From: the human T2T-CHM13v2.0 reference genome, Homo sapiens
Strand: one strand, 5' to 3'
Length of the DNA: 64,000 nt
Assembly (NCBI RefSeq): GCF_009914755.1
Contig: NC_060947.1
Shown one piece after another: positions 61,861 to 64,000 of this stretch (position 1 is the stretch's first letter; the number at the start of each line of letters is the position of its first letter). The position numbers and the translations under genes are program-made. Below the pieces are notes generated by a model. That model was not told the DNA's origin. It did no database searches and worked only from the letters and a program-made list of their open reading frames with translations.

Positions 61861-62699
61861 AAAATAATAAAGATCAAAATTTTGTAAAGTGAGAAATTTT
61901 TACTGAAGTACTTGCATTTGATAGGTATGCAATAAAAGATTGTAGAATAAAGATGATATAACTCTAATGGGATCTTTCTCTTATTAAACTTTATTATTTT
62001 ATTAGAGATCTGTCTCTTCCTGCTCTTTAGCATAGTCTTCAACGACTAAAAGAAAAATCACTGAAAGCTTACTCAGTGCCAAGAAATAAACCAAGCCTTG
62101 GAAATGTATACATGAATGAAGCACACACCGCACTATAAAAGAGCTCACAGTCTCAAGGAGCACACAGAAGAGAAAATAATAATAACGATGTTTGTGAAAC
62201 ATTTTTTCTCAGCCTGGAATGAATTTTTTAAATTCATGTGCATTCATTTAAGCATCCTGACAATCTTTACTATTTTCCTCACCATTTTATATATATGGAA
62301 ATTTAGATTGATGTTACTTGCTAAAGATTTAAGTTAGAAATATTGGAGCCAGAAGTCAAACCCAAATATTCTGCCTCATTAGACAATGTTCTTCACTGCC
62401 ATATCCTTCATCATGTACTACCTCCACACTTTCCACCAAGTTTTTTTTCTAAAGACCTTGTCTGGGCTGGAGTTGTTAAAGACCCCATGGAAGAAATAAA
62501 ACTTGAGCTGAATTGAGAACCAGACTGGAATTGGCTAGAGATAAGGGGAAAATGTAGTTCAAGTGCCAATAAAGCCTAAATTTGGCAATTTCTGGATGTG
62601 ATTGCGTTTAAAATCTATACTGGCTAGTTCTCTTCTGAAGGAAGAAAAAATGTGAAAGTGTATGGGCAAGTTTTAAGAGGAAAAGAGAGGGAGAAGAGG

Positions 62700-64000
62700 C
62701 AGGACCTGTCCAAACACCCATGGGAAGAGACTGTGATGCAAAGAAAAAAAGAAGCAAAAGTCTGGCTGAAATCAACCCCAAAGGAGCTTAAAGCTCAGTG
62801 GAAAGGGTAAGTAGGAGTAGGTCTGCGCTCCTCACAACTCTGACAATCTGCTGATCACTCAAGTATTGGGGAGACCTATGCCCCTGCAACTCAGAGCAAC
62901 AATATTGGTGGTGATTAGAGATCTTCATGGAAACAGAGAACTAGGTGGTCAGCTCGTGTGGCCATGCCACCTCCCTCCTTAAACCCAGGCTGAGACAGCA
63001 GATGCCCTACTTGTTATGCACTCATTGTGCCACTGCCCTTCCCATGAATCTTTTGCCTTTGAGCCACTGCACCACCACACCACCTGCAGCCATACCCCAC
63101 AATCCACTCTGAGTTTGGCAAGGATAGAGGACTAGTGAGTCCCTAGTGAGTTGTAGGTCACCTGAATATTTAACCTTAATTGTGGAAACCCTTTAGGGAT
63201 CGGGGAGCACGGCCTGCCAAGACCACCCATAGGACAAAGGAAATATGGATATGGCAGCAGCCGCTTAAGGGGGCACCATCAAAGCCTGGGAATAGACATG
63301 GAGAGGGAGCCAACTCCTTCCCCCATCCCACTCACCAGTGCACTGTTGCAGACACATCAGTGAGTCTTCCCATTGAGGCCTATTGAGTGTGCCCTGAATG
63401 AAACTGCTTTTCACACATTTCTGGTGGCCCTACCCCTACCAAAGGAAACCACACTCTTTGTGAGTGTGCTCTTCACACTTCTCAGGCAGCTCCACCCCCA
63501 ATGAGAGTGGGCACACTGAAGAAGATCCTACATTCTGGATCTTACTCTTAATCATTATCTACTGGACTGCAACCTGAATTATACCACCAAAGAAAAATGC
63601 CTCACTACAACAAGCAGCATTTGATAAATAAATCACATGAATATATCTGCAGCCAAGGTAACCCTACAGAGCACTGGCCCTCTGAAAGCACCCAGAAATA
63701 AAGCCAATTGATCATACACAACATACACCACAGTCATAGCCTCAAGGGAAAAAATAAATAAAAATCCCCATTCAAACAATAGCAAATTCAAAGAAAGAAA
63801 GAAAGAAGCTTAGGTTCCCTCATATGAGAAGAAAACAGCACAATAACTCTGGTAATACAAAAAAGCCAGAACGTTTAATCAACACCAAAGGATTGCCTTA
63901 GCTTCCCCACAATGGATCCTAACCAGATTGAAATGTTTGAAGTGAGAAATATAGAAATCAGAATATTAATGACAAGGAAACTCAATGAGATCCAAGAAAA
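62700..64000 (+). mobile_element. L1PB-type 5'UTR and ORF1 start, running off the window
   Basis: ATG at 63824: atgagaagaaaacagcacaataactctgg ... caatggatcctaacca ... ggaaactcaatgagatccaaga. Confidence 0.7.

Overview
Primate (great-ape/human-type) nuclear DNA. It is AT-rich and mostly interspersed repeats, and I could not identify any intact cellular protein-coding gene. All long ORFs come from LINE-1. Main elements: (1) a full-length but dead L1PA3/PA2-type LINE-1 (11229-17283, minus strand, 13-bp TSD) carrying the 129-bp ZNF93-escape deletion and a truncated ORF0; (2) an L1PA7-like copy missing its 3' end (41518-46511); (3) a near-full-length L1MA (31765-38587); (4) many older L1, L2 and MIR fragments and about 9 Alu-family SINEs; (5) a THE1D solo LTR, a half provirus ending in LTR8, MLT1/MLT2 and MER52-like LTR pieces; (6) small DNA transposons (MER81, MADE1, MER58A); (7) two old 7SK retrocopies. 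The non-repeat islands (about 18.4-19.7 kb, 48.6-55.4 kb, 58.6-60.4 kb) hold candidate exons on both strands and a compact GRHL/AP-1/ETS motif cluster. Subfamily calls come from remembered consensus features, not a database search, and boundaries of old elements are approximate. I found no convincing novel biological system. The best leads are the candidate exon chains, the motif cluster, and several odd retro-insertions and deletion junctions.
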